A stretch of DNA of 32,000 nt. Source: Longivirga aurantiaca (GTDB lineage: Bacteria > Actinomycetota > Actinomycetes > S36-B12 > CAIYMF01). The notes under the pieces were generated by a model. The model was not told where the DNA came from. It saw only the letters and a program-made list of their open reading frames with translations, and searched no databases. The position numbers and the translations under genes were made by a program. The DNA is taken from NCBI RefSeq assembly GCF_042660085.1, contig NZ_JBHSTI010000008.1, forward strand, positions 1,839,876 to 1,871,875. Reading direction: 5' to 3'. This document shows, piece by piece, positions 14,849 to 23,774 of this stretch (position 1 is the stretch's first letter; the number at the start of each line of letters is the position of its first letter).

Positions 14849-16417
14849 GTGATCATGGCCGGTGGTGACGTGTACGGGGGCGCGTCCGAGGACACGCGCC
14901 TGCACTTCGCCCTGCGGTACGCCCTCGGCGGCTTCGTCGCCTCGACGGTGCTCGCGATCGGGTCGATCGGTGTGGGCTGGCTGCCCCTCGAGGGCGTCGC
15001 CACCATCCCCTTCGTCGAGGCGATGCGGCACGAGGGCGTCGGGCTCCTCGTGTCCCGCGCCTGCGTGATCGTCGGCGGCGCCCTGCTCCTGCAGGCGTGG
15101 CTGGTGCTCGGCGCCGACATCCTCGGCGGCCACGTGCGCGACGTACGCCGGCTGTGGAAGGTGCTCGCCCTCTGGTGCGCGCCTCTGCTGTTCGCGCCGC
15201 CGCTGTTCAGCCGTGACGCGTACTCGTACTTCATGCAGGGCAAGCTCGTGCTCGCCGGCGGCGACCCCTACACGCAGGGCGTCGAGTCGATCCCGGGCTG
15301 GTTCACCAGCGGCGTCGACCCGCTCTGGCGCGACACCCCCACGCCGTACGGCCCCGTGTTCGTCACCCTGTCGCGCGGCGTGGCGGCGCTCGTCGGCGAC
15401 AACGCGTACCTCGCGGTCGTGGTGTTCCGCGTGCTCGCCCTCGCCGGTGTGGCGCTCATGGCCTACTACATCCCGCGGCTCGCGTTCCACAGCGGCATCG
15501 ACGGGTCGAAGGCTCTGTGGCTCGGTGTCATGAACCCGCTCGTGCTGATGCACTTCGTGGCCGGAGTGCACAACGACGCGATCATGGTGGGCTTCATCGT
15601 GGCGGGCCTCTGCCTCGTGATCGAGGGCAGGGGCATCACCGGCATCGTGCTGGTCACGATCGCCGCGATGGTCAAGCCCATCGCGTTCCTGGCGATCCCG
15701 TTCGTCGCGATCGCCTGGGCCGGCACGACCCAGGACTTCCGTGCCCGGCTCTGGGCGTGGACCAAGGCGTTCGGCGTCGTCGTGCTGACGTACGGCGTCA
15801 TCGCGCTCTCGGTGGGAGCGAGTCTCGGCTGGATCCGCGCCCTCACCACCCCGGGCGAGGTGCGCACGTGGCTGTCGCCCGCGACGGCGCTCGGCATGGC
15901 GAGCGGCAACCTGCTGTCGTGGGTGGGCCTCGGCGACCACCACGACCTCACGGTGGGCATCTTCCGGGCGATCGGGATGCTCGCGGCCGTGGCGATCGTG
16001 GCCTACCTCCTGCTGAAGCCCGAGGGCCGCTCGGTGCCGCGCGGGATGATGCTCGCGTTCCTCGCCGTCGTCGCGCTGGGCCCGGTCGTGCAGCCCTGGT
16101 ACCTCCTCTGGGTGCTTCCGCTCGCGGCGGCATCCGGCCTGTCGGCGCGCGAGCTGCGCGTCGTCCTGCTGCTGGTGGCGGGCTTCACGATCTACGGGCT
16201 GTGGGAGACCAGCGCGTCCGCGGACACCTACTTCGACCTCGGTGACGGGCTCGCGATGATCGCCGCCGCGGTCGCCGTCGCCATCGCCGTGGCGATCTCG
16301 CCGCGCGAGCGTGCCCTGCTCTTCGGCGGCCCTGTCGCGCACGGGCTCGTGCCCGAGGACGCCCCGGCCGCGGCCCGCCGCGAGCGGCTCGTCGTGCGGG
16401 CACCGGAGCACGCATGA
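14849..16417 (+). CDS. mptA: Polyprenol-phosphomannose-dependent alpha-(1->6)-mannosyltransferase, MptA-like (GT-C)
   Basis: ORF 14849..16417, starting at GTG 14849 or ATG 14855. The stretch PLLFAPPLFSRDAYSYFMQGKLVLAGGDPY...TPTPYGPVF...MNPLVLMHFVAGVHNDAIMVG...GIVLVTIAAMVKP is collinear with M. tuberculosis MptA (Rv2174) as I recall it. Its position after idsA matches too. Confidence 0.8.
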   Translation: MIMAGGDVYGGASEDTRLHFALRYALGGFVASTVLAIGSIGVGWLPLEGVATIPFVEAMRHEGVGLLVSRACVIVGGALLLQAWLVLGADILGGHVRDVRRLWKVLALWCAPLLFAPPLFSRDAYSYFMQGKLVLAGGDPYTQGVESIPGWFTSGVDPLWRDTPTPYGPVFVTLSRGVAALVGDNAYLAVVVFRVLALAGVALMAYYIPRLAFHSGIDGSKALWLGVMNPLVLMHFVAGVHNDAIMVGFIVAGLCLVIEGRGITGIVLVTIAAMVKPIAFLAIPFVAIAWAGTTQDFRARLWAWTKAFGVVVLTYGVIALSVGASLGWIRALTTPGEVRTWLSPATALGMASGNLLSWVGLGDHHDLTVGIFRAIGMLAAVAIVAYLLLKPEGRSVPRGMMLAFLAVVALGPVVQPWYLLWVLPLAAASGLSARELRVVLLLVAGFTIYGLWETSASADTYFDLGDGLAMIAAAVAVAIAVAISPRERALLFGGPVAHGLVPEDAPAAARRERLVVRAPEHA

Positions 16418-17838
16418 CCGAGCCGGCAACGCCGCCCGCGGAGGAGCCCAGCACCCCGCACGGCGCGGATCTCGACGACCTCGTCGCAGTGGTCGACAGC
16501 CCGACGACGCAGCAGCCCGGTGTCCGGGCGAGCCTGACCCGGCGACTGGTGTGGTTCATCGACCACGTCGCGCCCTGGATCGATCGGCTCGTGGGGCACG
16601 GCGCGCTGTGGAGCGGTCTGCGCCCCGGACGACGCGTGGCCGTCGGCTGGATCATCACCCGGCTCGTGATGCTCGCGCTGCTCGCCCTGCCCGAGCGGAC
16701 GATCATCAACGACGTCCTCTACTACGCCGACAACCTCGACAAGCTCAACGACGGCTCGCCCCTGACCGAGGTGCTCAAGGAGTACCCGCTGCCGGTCCTG
16801 CTGCTCCTCGGACTGCCGTGGGTGCTCTCGTTCGGCAACCACGTCGTCTACGCCACGCTGTTCGTGGGCATGATGCTGGCGCTCGACGCCGCCTTCTGCC
16901 GCCTGCTCTACGTGCGGGCGGGCAAGCAGCAGAGCCCCGCGGTCACTCTCTGGCTCGCGTCCGCGCCGATGATGGGCCCGCTCATGGTCACGCGGTTCGA
17001 CATCGTGCCCGGGATCCTCGCCGGCGCGTCGGTGCTGCTGCTCGAGCGGCGCCCGCGCCTGGCCACGGTGCTCATCGCGGCCGGAGCGGCCATCAAGCTC
17101 TGGCCGGCCGTGCTTCTCCCAGCGCTGGCGGCGCCGGCCGCCACCCGGTGGCGGGTGGTCCGCACCACGGTCGTGTCGGGCCTCGTGATCGCCGGCGCGA
17201 TCGTGTGGGCCGGCGGGCTCGACCGCCTGCTCACCCCGCTCACCTGGCAGGGCGACCGCGGGCTGCAGATCGAGTCCGTGCCCGCCCTTCCGCTCATGAT
17301 CGCGTGGGCCTTCACGCACGACCCGTGGGTCGTGGACTTCACCCGCTTCATCACCTCCGAGGTCTGGGGGCCGGGCGACCGGTTCCTCATCACGCTCGCG
17401 ACCATCGCCACGGCCGCGTCGCTCGTGGCGATGGCGGCGCTGTGGCTCCGGGCCTGGAAGCGCGGAGCGACGATCAGCGCCGAGACGGTCGGCTGGATCA
17501 TGCTCACGACCACCGGCCTGCTGATCCTCACCAACAAGGTGTTCAGCCCGCAGTACCTGCTGTGGCTCTCCCCCGTGGCGATCGCGATGGTGGCCGTCGC
17601 ACCGCGGGGCGACACCGGAGTTCGCCGCTTCGTCGTGCTCCTGCTGACGGTCGGGATCCTGACCCAGGTGATCTACCCGATCCTCTACCTCTGGGTGTCC
17701 GAGATCTACTGGGCCAACATCCCGGGCGTCATGCTGCTCGCCCTGCGCGACCTGTTCCTCGTCGGGTTCGTCGTCTATGCCTGGCGACGTGCGTGGAGCG
17801 AGACGTCTGCGGCGGCGGCGGAGACAGCCGCCGCCTGA
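16414..17838 (+). CDS. GT87/DUF2029-family GT-C glycosyl(mannosyl)transferase, paralog 1
   Basis: ORF 16414..17838. The ATG overlaps the mptA stop (ATGA), with GGAG 6 nt upstream. The protein is polytopic. The first-loop motif is NDVLYYADNL...EYPLPV. It also has QGDRGLQIESVPALPLM and NKVFSPQYLLWLSPVAIA. Confidence 0.8.
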   Translation: MTEPATPPAEEPSTPHGADLDDLVAVVDSPTTQQPGVRASLTRRLVWFIDHVAPWIDRLVGHGALWSGLRPGRRVAVGWIITRLVMLALLALPERTIINDVLYYADNLDKLNDGSPLTEVLKEYPLPVLLLLGLPWVLSFGNHVVYATLFVGMMLALDAAFCRLLYVRAGKQQSPAVTLWLASAPMMGPLMVTRFDIVPGILAGASVLLLERRPRLATVLIAAGAAIKLWPAVLLPALAAPAATRWRVVRTTVVSGLVIAGAIVWAGGLDRLLTPLTWQGDRGLQIESVPALPLMIAWAFTHDPWVVDFTRFITSEVWGPGDRFLITLATIATAASLVAMAALWLRAWKRGATISAETVGWIMLTTTGLLILTNKVFSPQYLLWLSPVAIAMVAVAPRGDTGVRRFVVLLLTVGILTQVIYPILYLWVSEIYWANIPGVMLLALRDLFLVGFVVYAWRRAWSETSAAAAETAAA

Positions 17839-17902
17839 TCGCTCTGCTACGGCCGGAGCGTCGCGCACCGCGCCGCGAAGCACGGCTGGGAGACTTCCGC
17901 AC

Positions 17903-19210
17903 ATGTCCGCGACCAGGTCCGACTCGCTCGGCCGGGCGGCGGCGGCCCTCGAACGCGGCACCACGTTCGTGCTGCGCGGCCGTACCGACCCCGAGGCGCC
18001 GTGGCGGGGCATCCGGCTGCTCATCGTCTGGCTGCTGACCCGGCTCGTCGTCGTGACGTTCGTGCCGCTGGCGCCGTACGTCGTCAACGACGTGAACTAC
18101 TACGCCACGGTCATCACCGGGCAGGCCGACCCGGGCTTCCCCGGCTCGTTGCGCGAGTACCCCGTGCCGGCGATCTGGTGGCTCACGATCCCGTCGATCC
18201 TTGCGGGCGGGGAGATCAAGCCGTACGGCTGGTGGTTCGTCTTCCTGATGCTGTGCATCGACGGCGGACTCCTGGTGGTGCTGCGGCGGATCGGCCGCTC
18301 CCCCCGGGCGATCACCGCCTGGCTCGCGGCCGGGCTCGCGATCGGACCGATCCTTCTGCTGCGCTTCGACCTGCTCACGGGCGCGATGGTCGCGACCGCG
18401 CTGCTCGTGGCCGTGCCGCGACCTCGTCTGGCCGCGGCGCTCATGGTCGTCGCTGCGTCGGTGAAGCTCTGGCCCGGCGTGTTCGTCGGCCTCGTCGCCG
18501 CGGCGGGGCCGCGCCGCCGACCGGCGCTGGTCGCGGCCGGCATCACGTCGGTCGTGCTGGTCGTCGCCGCGACCGCCACGTCCGGGTGGGACCGCCTCCT
18601 CACCCCGCTCGCCTATCAGACCGACCGCGGTCTGCAGATCGAGTCGCTCTTCGCGCTGCCCGCGATGATGCTCTGGTCTCTCGGCGTCGAGGGCTATGTC
18701 GTGGACTACCCGGCATCGCTGTCGTTCGAGGTGAGCGGCCCCGGCACGACGCTGCTGGGGATGCTGGCGACTCTCGCGACGGTCGCGGCGCTGGCGTGGG
18801 TGCTCGGGACGACCGCGGCGGTGTGGCGCCGTGCCTCACGGCCCGACCTGCTCACGGTCGCCGCCTGGGCGCTGCTGTCCGGCGTATGCCTCCTCGTCCT
18901 GTCGAACAAGGTCTTCAGCCCGCAGTACATGGCGTGGATGCTGCCCATCGCGGTGGCGCTGCTTGCCGTCACCGGCGAGGCCCGCGCCCGCACCAGCACC
19001 TACCTGATGATGTGTGCGGCCGTCGCGGCGCAGCTCCTCTACCCCTGGCTGTACGACGCCGTCACGTCGCCGTACGCCACGGCGCTGAGCCCCGTCGCGG
19101 TCGTACTCATCGCCGTGCGGCTCGCGCTCGTGTGCGTGGTCGCCGCGATCGCGACGCAGCGCACGTGGCAGCTCCTTCGGGCGGACGAGCCTCTGGCTGC
19201 GGCGCGCTAG
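17903..19210 (+). CDS. GT87/DUF2029-family GT-C glycosyl(mannosyl)transferase, paralog 2
   Basis: Part of ORF 17777..19210, ATG 17903. It carries the same motifs as paralog 1: NDVNYYATVI...EYPVPA, QTDRGLQIESLFALPAM and NKVFSPQYMAWMLPIAVA. Confidence 0.8.
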   Translation: MSATRSDSLGRAAAALERGTTFVLRGRTDPEAPWRGIRLLIVWLLTRLVVVTFVPLAPYVVNDVNYYATVITGQADPGFPGSLREYPVPAIWWLTIPSILAGGEIKPYGWWFVFLMLCIDGGLLVVLRRIGRSPRAITAWLAAGLAIGPILLLRFDLLTGAMVATALLVAVPRPRLAAALMVVAASVKLWPGVFVGLVAAAGPRRRPALVAAGITSVVLVVAATATSGWDRLLTPLAYQTDRGLQIESLFALPAMMLWSLGVEGYVVDYPASLSFEVSGPGTTLLGMLATLATVAALAWVLGTTAAVWRRASRPDLLTVAAWALLSGVCLLVLSNKVFSPQYMAWMLPIAVALLAVTGEARARTSTYLMMCAAVAAQLLYPWLYDAVTSPYATALSPVAVVLIAVRLALVCVVAAIATQRTWQLLRADEPLAAAR

Positions 19211-19239
19211 GGCTCCGACCTGGCCCCAGCCCGGTGGTC

Positions 19240-19656
19240 CTAGAGCTCGTCGACGTCGATCTCGGGGCCGTCGCCGAGCAGCACGACTCCCCCGCGCACG
19301 CCGTCCTGCGCCCAGCCGCGCACCGCCCCGCCGAGGATGTCGAGCGCGGTGGCGAACGCCTTCGGCTCGGCCTCGGCCAACAGGCCCCACGACGCCCACA
19401 CGACGAGCACGCCCTCGTCCTCGCCGAGGTCGAGGTCGAGCAGGCACTCCTCGAGCGCGTCCCAGTTCATGCCGAACCAGTCGGGCAGGCCGAACGCCTC
19501 GTCGCACATCTGCAGGAACGACTCGCGGTCCTCGACCTCCGCCCCGTCGAGGACGACGCAGCGCCACTCGATCTTCTCGGCTTCGGCCTCGAGCTCCTCG
19601 ATGGTCGAGTCCTCGAGCCGTCGTACGCCGGACAACCGACCGAGCACGCCGCTCAT
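19240..19656 (-). CDS. Barstar-family ribonuclease inhibitor
   Basis: C-terminal part of ORF 19240..21192. ATG 19656 overlaps the RNase stop (ATGA). The protein is acidic: ...WRCVVLDGAEVEDRESFLQMCDEAFGLPDWFGMNWDALEECLLDL...VLVVW is the barstar pattern. Confidence 0.85.
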   Translation of the reverse strand: MSGVLGRLSGVRRLEDSTIEELEAEAEKIEWRCVVLDGAEVEDRESFLQMCDEAFGLPDWFGMNWDALEECLLDLDLGEDEGVLVVWASWGLLAEAEPKAFATALDILGGAVRGWAQDGVRGGVVLLGDGPEIDVDEL

Positions 19657-20111
19657 GAGCCTTCTCCTGACACGACCTCGCGGAACGAGGAGTAGTGGTC
19701 GTCGGTGTAGAAGCGGGAGCCGTCGTCGCCCCCGATGATGCGCCGGGCGCCGCGGTCGTCCGACCCCGGCGTCTCCACGGTGTACTCCGCGTAGAAGCCC
19801 TTCGACTGCTGGGGCAGGATCCCCTCGCGGTTCTGGAACGTGCTGCCGTCCTTGGAGTACGGGAACGGGCCGCCGTCCATGATCAGGCGCAGGGTCTCGA
19901 TGCCCTCCGGCGGGAGCTCGGCGACGGTCATCGTGTCGAGGTTCGTCGTCGCGGACGCCGGAGCCAGTCCCTGCTCGACCACGCCTGGCGCCGTGGCCGG
20001 CGCGGTCTTCCCGCCGCAGGCGGTCAGCAGCGCCAGGGCGAGGACGGCGAGGAGGAGCAGCAGCGGCGTACGCCGCGTCACGCTGCGCGTCAGGAGGAGG
20101 GATCCGGGCAC
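19653..20111 (-). CDS. Guanyl-specific ribonuclease (RNase Sa / barnase-N1/T1 superfamily) with a lipoprotein signal
   Basis: ORF 19653..20111, starting at GTG 20111 or GTG 20081. The signal peptide RRTPLLLLLAVLALALLTAC has an L-T-A-C lipobox. The mature part LPPEGIETLRLIMDGGPFPYSKDGSTFQNREGILPQQSKGFYAEYTVETPG...RGARRII...YTDDHYSSF aligns with RNase Sa, including the catalytic Glu, Arg and His positions. Confidence 0.9.
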   Translation of the reverse strand: MPGSLLLTRSVTRRTPLLLLLAVLALALLTACGGKTAPATAPGVVEQGLAPASATTNLDTMTVAELPPEGIETLRLIMDGGPFPYSKDGSTFQNREGILPQQSKGFYAEYTVETPGSDDRGARRIIGGDDGSRFYTDDHYSSFREVVSGEGS

Positions 20112-20208
20112 GGACCGAATCGTGGCAGAACGGCCGCGCGGGCGTCAGGCGGGTCCGCGATTGGACACCGGGAGGTGACGCGCAGCACGGGATGGGAGGA
20201 TCGCCGTC

Positions 20209-21165
20209 ATGAGCAGCCGCGACCTCGACCGCGCCGGGATCACCGATCCCGAGATGCGGGCGTCGTACGAGCGCTGCCGCGAGCTCAACGCCCAGCACGG
20301 CAAGACCTACTACCTCGCCACGCTGCTGCTGCCGCCGGCGAAGCGCCCGTACGTCCACGCGCTCTACGGCTTCGCGCGGTACGCCGACGAGATCGTCGAC
20401 GACCTCGCCTCGACGCTGTCGGACGAGCAGAAGGCCGACTGGCTGCGCTCGTGGGGCGAGCAGTTCTTCGCCGACCTGCGCCGGGGTGCCTCCGACGACC
20501 CGGTCTGCAAGGCCGTCGTCGACACCGTGCAGCGCTGGGACATCCCGGTCGAGCACTTCGAGGCGTTCCTGCACTCGATGACGATGGACCTCACCATCAC
20601 CGAGTACGCGACGTACGACGACCTGTACGAGTACGTCTACGGCTCGGCCGCGGTGATCGGCCTGCAGATGGTGCCGATCCTCGAGCCGTCGGCGCCCGAG
20701 GCGTACGAGCGGGCCAAGGATCTCGGGGTCGCGTTCCAGCTCGCGAACTTCGTGCGCGACGTCGGCGAGGACCTCGACCGCGGCCGCGTCTACCTGCCGC
20801 TCGACGACCTCGCGCGCTTCGGCGTCACCCGCGCCGACCTCGAGAAGCGCATGCTGACGCCGTCGATCCGGTCGGCGCTGGAGTTCCAGATCGCGCGGGT
20901 GCGTGCGCTCGAGGAGGAGTCGCGCGCCGGCATCGCTCTGCTGCACCCGTCGTCGCAGCCCTGCATCGAGGCCGCCCGCATCCTCTACTGCGGCATCGTC
21001 GACGCCGTCGAGGAGATCGACTACGAGGTCTTCACCCGCCGGGCGACGGTGTCGCAGCGACGCCGCCTCGCGGTGGCGCTGCCCGCGTGGAACCAGGCGC
21101 GCCGCGCCCGCAGGAAGTACGGCGAGGGCCACCCGCACGGCCTGCACTCCCCCGCCTCCGCCTGA
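20209..21165 (+). CDS. crtB: Phytoene synthase
   Basis: ORF 20209..21165. ATG follows GGGAGGA. The translation is ...HGKTYYLATLLLP...ALYGFARYADEIVDD...YEYVYGSAAVIGLQM...AFQLANFVRDVGEDLDRGRVYLP.... Confidence 0.92.
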   Translation: MSSRDLDRAGITDPEMRASYERCRELNAQHGKTYYLATLLLPPAKRPYVHALYGFARYADEIVDDLASTLSDEQKADWLRSWGEQFFADLRRGASDDPVCKAVVDTVQRWDIPVEHFEAFLHSMTMDLTITEYATYDDLYEYVYGSAAVIGLQMVPILEPSAPEAYERAKDLGVAFQLANFVRDVGEDLDRGRVYLPLDDLARFGVTRADLEKRMLTPSIRSALEFQIARVRALEEESRAGIALLHPSSQPCIEAARILYCGIVDAVEEIDYEVFTRRATVSQRRRLAVALPAWNQARRARRKYGEGHPHGLHSPASA

Positions 21166-21325
21166 CTCGATCGTCGGCGGCACGTCGCGCACGACTGCAT
21201 GGCCGCCACGGACTTCAGGCTGTGTTCGCTTGCAGCGGAACGACTATCGGGGGTTCCACCCCTCCGAGGCAGCTGCACTGTCAGACCCCCTCGACATGAT
21301 TCTCCTGTCGCGGAGGGAGGTGACC

Positions 21326-22888
21326 ATGTCTGTCGATCTGACGACCGACCCGTTCGGTTCGGCGTACCCGTTCGAGCTGCCGGTGGACGAGTCGTGGTCG
21401 CCGTTCCCGACCGCGGACGACGTCGCGGTGCTGGCCGAGCTCGAGCGGCAGTTCCCTCCGGACCTGGATCGCCCGGTGCACCCCGACGACCTCGCGCCGT
21501 GGGATCGCGACGACGCCCTGCACTTCTGCGTCGAGGCCGGGTTGGAGCCGGTGGACTCGGCAGCGGCGTCCGAGATCGTCGCGGCGGCTGAGCGGCCGCA
21601 GGCGTGCGGTGCGTCGGATCTGGCGTTGCTGGAGGCCACGGACCCGGCGTCGTTGGACGACCCGCTCGCCCGGATCGCGTACGTGAAGGTGCTGAACCGG
21701 GTCGAGGCCGCCGTCGCAGCGCGCCGCTACGACGCGGTGCTGTCCCTGGTGCCGGTGCTCCCCCACGACCACGACTACCTCGAAGAGGCGCACTGGGAGG
21801 TGGAGCTCGCCCAGGCGTGCCGGTCCTCGTTCCGGGCAGCGCGGCAGATGATCGACGCCGCGCGCGCCAACCGGATGGTGTTCCCCGGCATGCAGGAGGC
21901 GCTGGCCGCCGGGCGGGTGTCGGACAAGCACGTGCGGGTCCTGCTCGAGCGCACCCGGGTCATCGCCGATGCCGCCACCCTGGTCTTGATCGGGGAGCAG
22001 GCCCTGCCCCTCGCGCTCACCCTGACCCCGCCCCGGTTCACCGACGCGTTGGAGCAGGTGATCCTGCGGTTCGACCCCGACGCCCCCGCCCGCCGCACGA
22101 AGGCCATCGAGAACCGCGACGTGTGGACCCGCCGGCTGCCCGACGGCATGGCCATGCTCGGCATCAAGACCGACGCCGCCACCGTCGCCGCCATGCACGA
22201 CCGCATCCGCGCCGCCGCGAAGGACCTGCACGCCGCCCGCGGCGGCGCCGCTGCGGTGCGGGCCGGGGACACCGACGCCTCGATGCACGCCTGCGCCGCG
22301 GACGCCGCGGCCGCGATCATCCTGGGCACCACGGCCCAGGACGGGTCGGCCGTGTTCGACCCCGCCGCCCAGACCGTCGTGCACGTCCAGCTCGTCATCG
22401 ACCTCGCCACCCTGCGCCACGAGGCCGACAACCCGGTCCTGCTCGACGGATGCCCCATCCCCGCCCGGATGGGCCGCGACATCGCCGCCCACGCCCGCGC
22501 GTTCCGGCGGATCGTCACCGACCCCGTCACCGGGCACCTGCTCGACTACGGCCGCGAGACCTACCTCCCCGCACCGCTGCGCGACCACGTCCTGCACCGC
22601 GACGGCGGCTGCCGCATCCCCGGCTGCGGATGCCGACGCATCACCGCCCTGCAGATGGACCACGCCCTGCGCTACCCCGACGGCCCGTCGGACCCCGCCA
22701 ACACCGGCGCCCTGTCCACCCGCTGCCACCAGCTCAAGACCGCCGGCTACCTCCACCTCGAACACGGCCACGCCGACGGATCGGTCACCCTCATCACCCT
22801 CCTCGGCCAACGCATCCACATACCCCCACGCCCCTACACCGGCTGGCAACCACCACCCGACCCAGCCGACGACATCCCGCCGTTCTAG
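21326..22888 (+). CDS. DUF222 / HNH-endonuclease protein (mycobacterial 13E12-repeat-family type)
   Basis: Part of ORF 20903..22888. ATG 21326 follows GGAGGGAGG. The long N-terminal region is DUF222-like. The C-terminal part ...FRRIVTDPVTGHLLDYGRETYLPAPLRDHVLHRDGGCRIPGCGCRRITALQMDHALRYPDGPSDPANTGALSTRCHQLK is the HNH nuclease motif. Confidence 0.85.
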   Translation: MSVDLTTDPFGSAYPFELPVDESWSPFPTADDVAVLAELERQFPPDLDRPVHPDDLAPWDRDDALHFCVEAGLEPVDSAAASEIVAAAERPQACGASDLALLEATDPASLDDPLARIAYVKVLNRVEAAVAARRYDAVLSLVPVLPHDHDYLEEAHWEVELAQACRSSFRAARQMIDAARANRMVFPGMQEALAAGRVSDKHVRVLLERTRVIADAATLVLIGEQALPLALTLTPPRFTDALEQVILRFDPDAPARRTKAIENRDVWTRRLPDGMAMLGIKTDAATVAAMHDRIRAAAKDLHAARGGAAAVRAGDTDASMHACAADAAAAIILGTTAQDGSAVFDPAAQTVVHVQLVIDLATLRHEADNPVLLDGCPIPARMGRDIAAHARAFRRIVTDPVTGHLLDYGRETYLPAPLRDHVLHRDGGCRIPGCGCRRITALQMDHALRYPDGPSDPANTGALSTRCHQLKTAGYLHLEHGHADGSVTLITLLGQRIHIPPRPYTGWQPPPDPADDIPPF

Positions 22889-23079
22889 CCCTCCAGCAGC
22901 CGTCGATCCGCCGTGCCCGCACACCCGAGCACGGCGCATCGGCATGCCCCGGCACCGGCTGACGACCCGAGCTCGATCGGCACTTCGTCAGCGATCGCGC
23001 TCGCGGTCGAGCAGGTCGGGCGACCACAGGCGAGCCGTCGAGGCGCGTGCCACAGCTCATCGGGTACGCCCTGCGCGGG

Positions 23080-23622
23080 CTAGGACCGTCTCCGGAAACG
23101 GGGCAGCAGGAAGGGTGTGCGCTCCCGGTAGGCCCGGTACTCGTCGCCGAATCTCAGCACCATCTCGGCTTCCTCGATTCGCCTGACATAGACCAGCAGC
23201 GCGCAGGCGGCCAGCAGCACCAGCACCAACGCGCCGAAGGAGCCGAAGAGGACTGCGACACCGAGATACAGGCCCATGGCCCCTAGCACCATGGGATTGC
23301 GGCAGTACGTGTAGGGAGGCACCACGACGATCTGCTGCGTCGCCATGAGCGGCACAGGCGTACCCCGCCCGATGGTGAACAGTCCGTACATGGACCAGAC
23401 GGCGAGTGACCAACCGAGAAGGATGAGGAGACACCCGACCAACACGTTGGACGGCGGGGAAAGGATTGACGGCCACTCCAGCCACGCGTCGAGCCACGCC
23501 CCGAACACGACGAAGATGCACGGCATCAGAAACAGGAACACCGGCGCGAGGAGCACGAGCGCGACGGCCCGTTGCCCGGGGCCGTACTCACGCCTCGCCT
23601 GCTTCAGGAAACGGTCCTTCAT
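23080..23622 (-). CDS. ICMT/PEMT-family membrane methyltransferase (isoprenylcysteine carboxyl methyltransferase-like)
   Basis: ORF 23080..23622, ATG start. The protein is polytopic. PPYTYCRNPMVLGAMGLYLG...RRIEEAEMVLRFGDEYRAYRERTPFLLP matches the family C-terminal SAM-binding pattern. G+C is visibly lower and third codon positions are A/T-richer than in neighbouring genes. Confidence 0.8.
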   Translation of the reverse strand: MKDRFLKQARREYGPGQRAVALVLLAPVFLFLMPCIFVVFGAWLDAWLEWPSILSPPSNVLVGCLLILLGWSLAVWSMYGLFTIGRGTPVPLMATQQIVVVPPYTYCRNPMVLGAMGLYLGVAVLFGSFGALVLVLLAACALLVYVRRIEEAEMVLRFGDEYRAYRERTPFLLPRFRRRS

Positions 23623-23774
23623 CCTCGGGAACCCCTTGCGTCCCGGCGAGTCCTCCCCTCCGGTCTGCTTCCGACGCTAGCCCGGATCAGGCGCCGTACG
23701 CCCATCGAGAGCAGCCGAACCATCCTTGCTGCCGGTTCTTTCTCGGTTGTGAGCGCCGAATCGTCGGAGCTGCG

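Noticed and set aside
14792-18087. 545-aa and 619-aa minus-strand ORFs (14792..16429 and 16228..18087)
   Set aside because: They are antisense to the three GT-C genes. The translations are Arg/Asp/Gly/His-rich with no recognisable domains, whereas the plus-strand frames give clean polytopic membrane proteins with family motifs.
21281-22945. 554-aa minus-strand ORF and the 452-aa plus-strand alternative frame (21604..22962)
   Set aside because: They overlap the HNH/DUF222 gene in other frames. They are low-complexity (Gly/Arg/Pro-rich) with no motifs. The DUF222-HNH frame has a strong ribosome-binding site and a clear HNH motif.
22889-23079. Possible gene remnant or att site in the 191-bp gap after the HNH gene (short hairpin GCCGTGC-N12-GCACGGC near 22912-22937)
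   Set aside because: No frame gives recognisable protein fragments, and I could not match any repeat partner on the other side of the HNH or ICMT genes. The evidence is insufficient to call a pseudogene or an attachment site.
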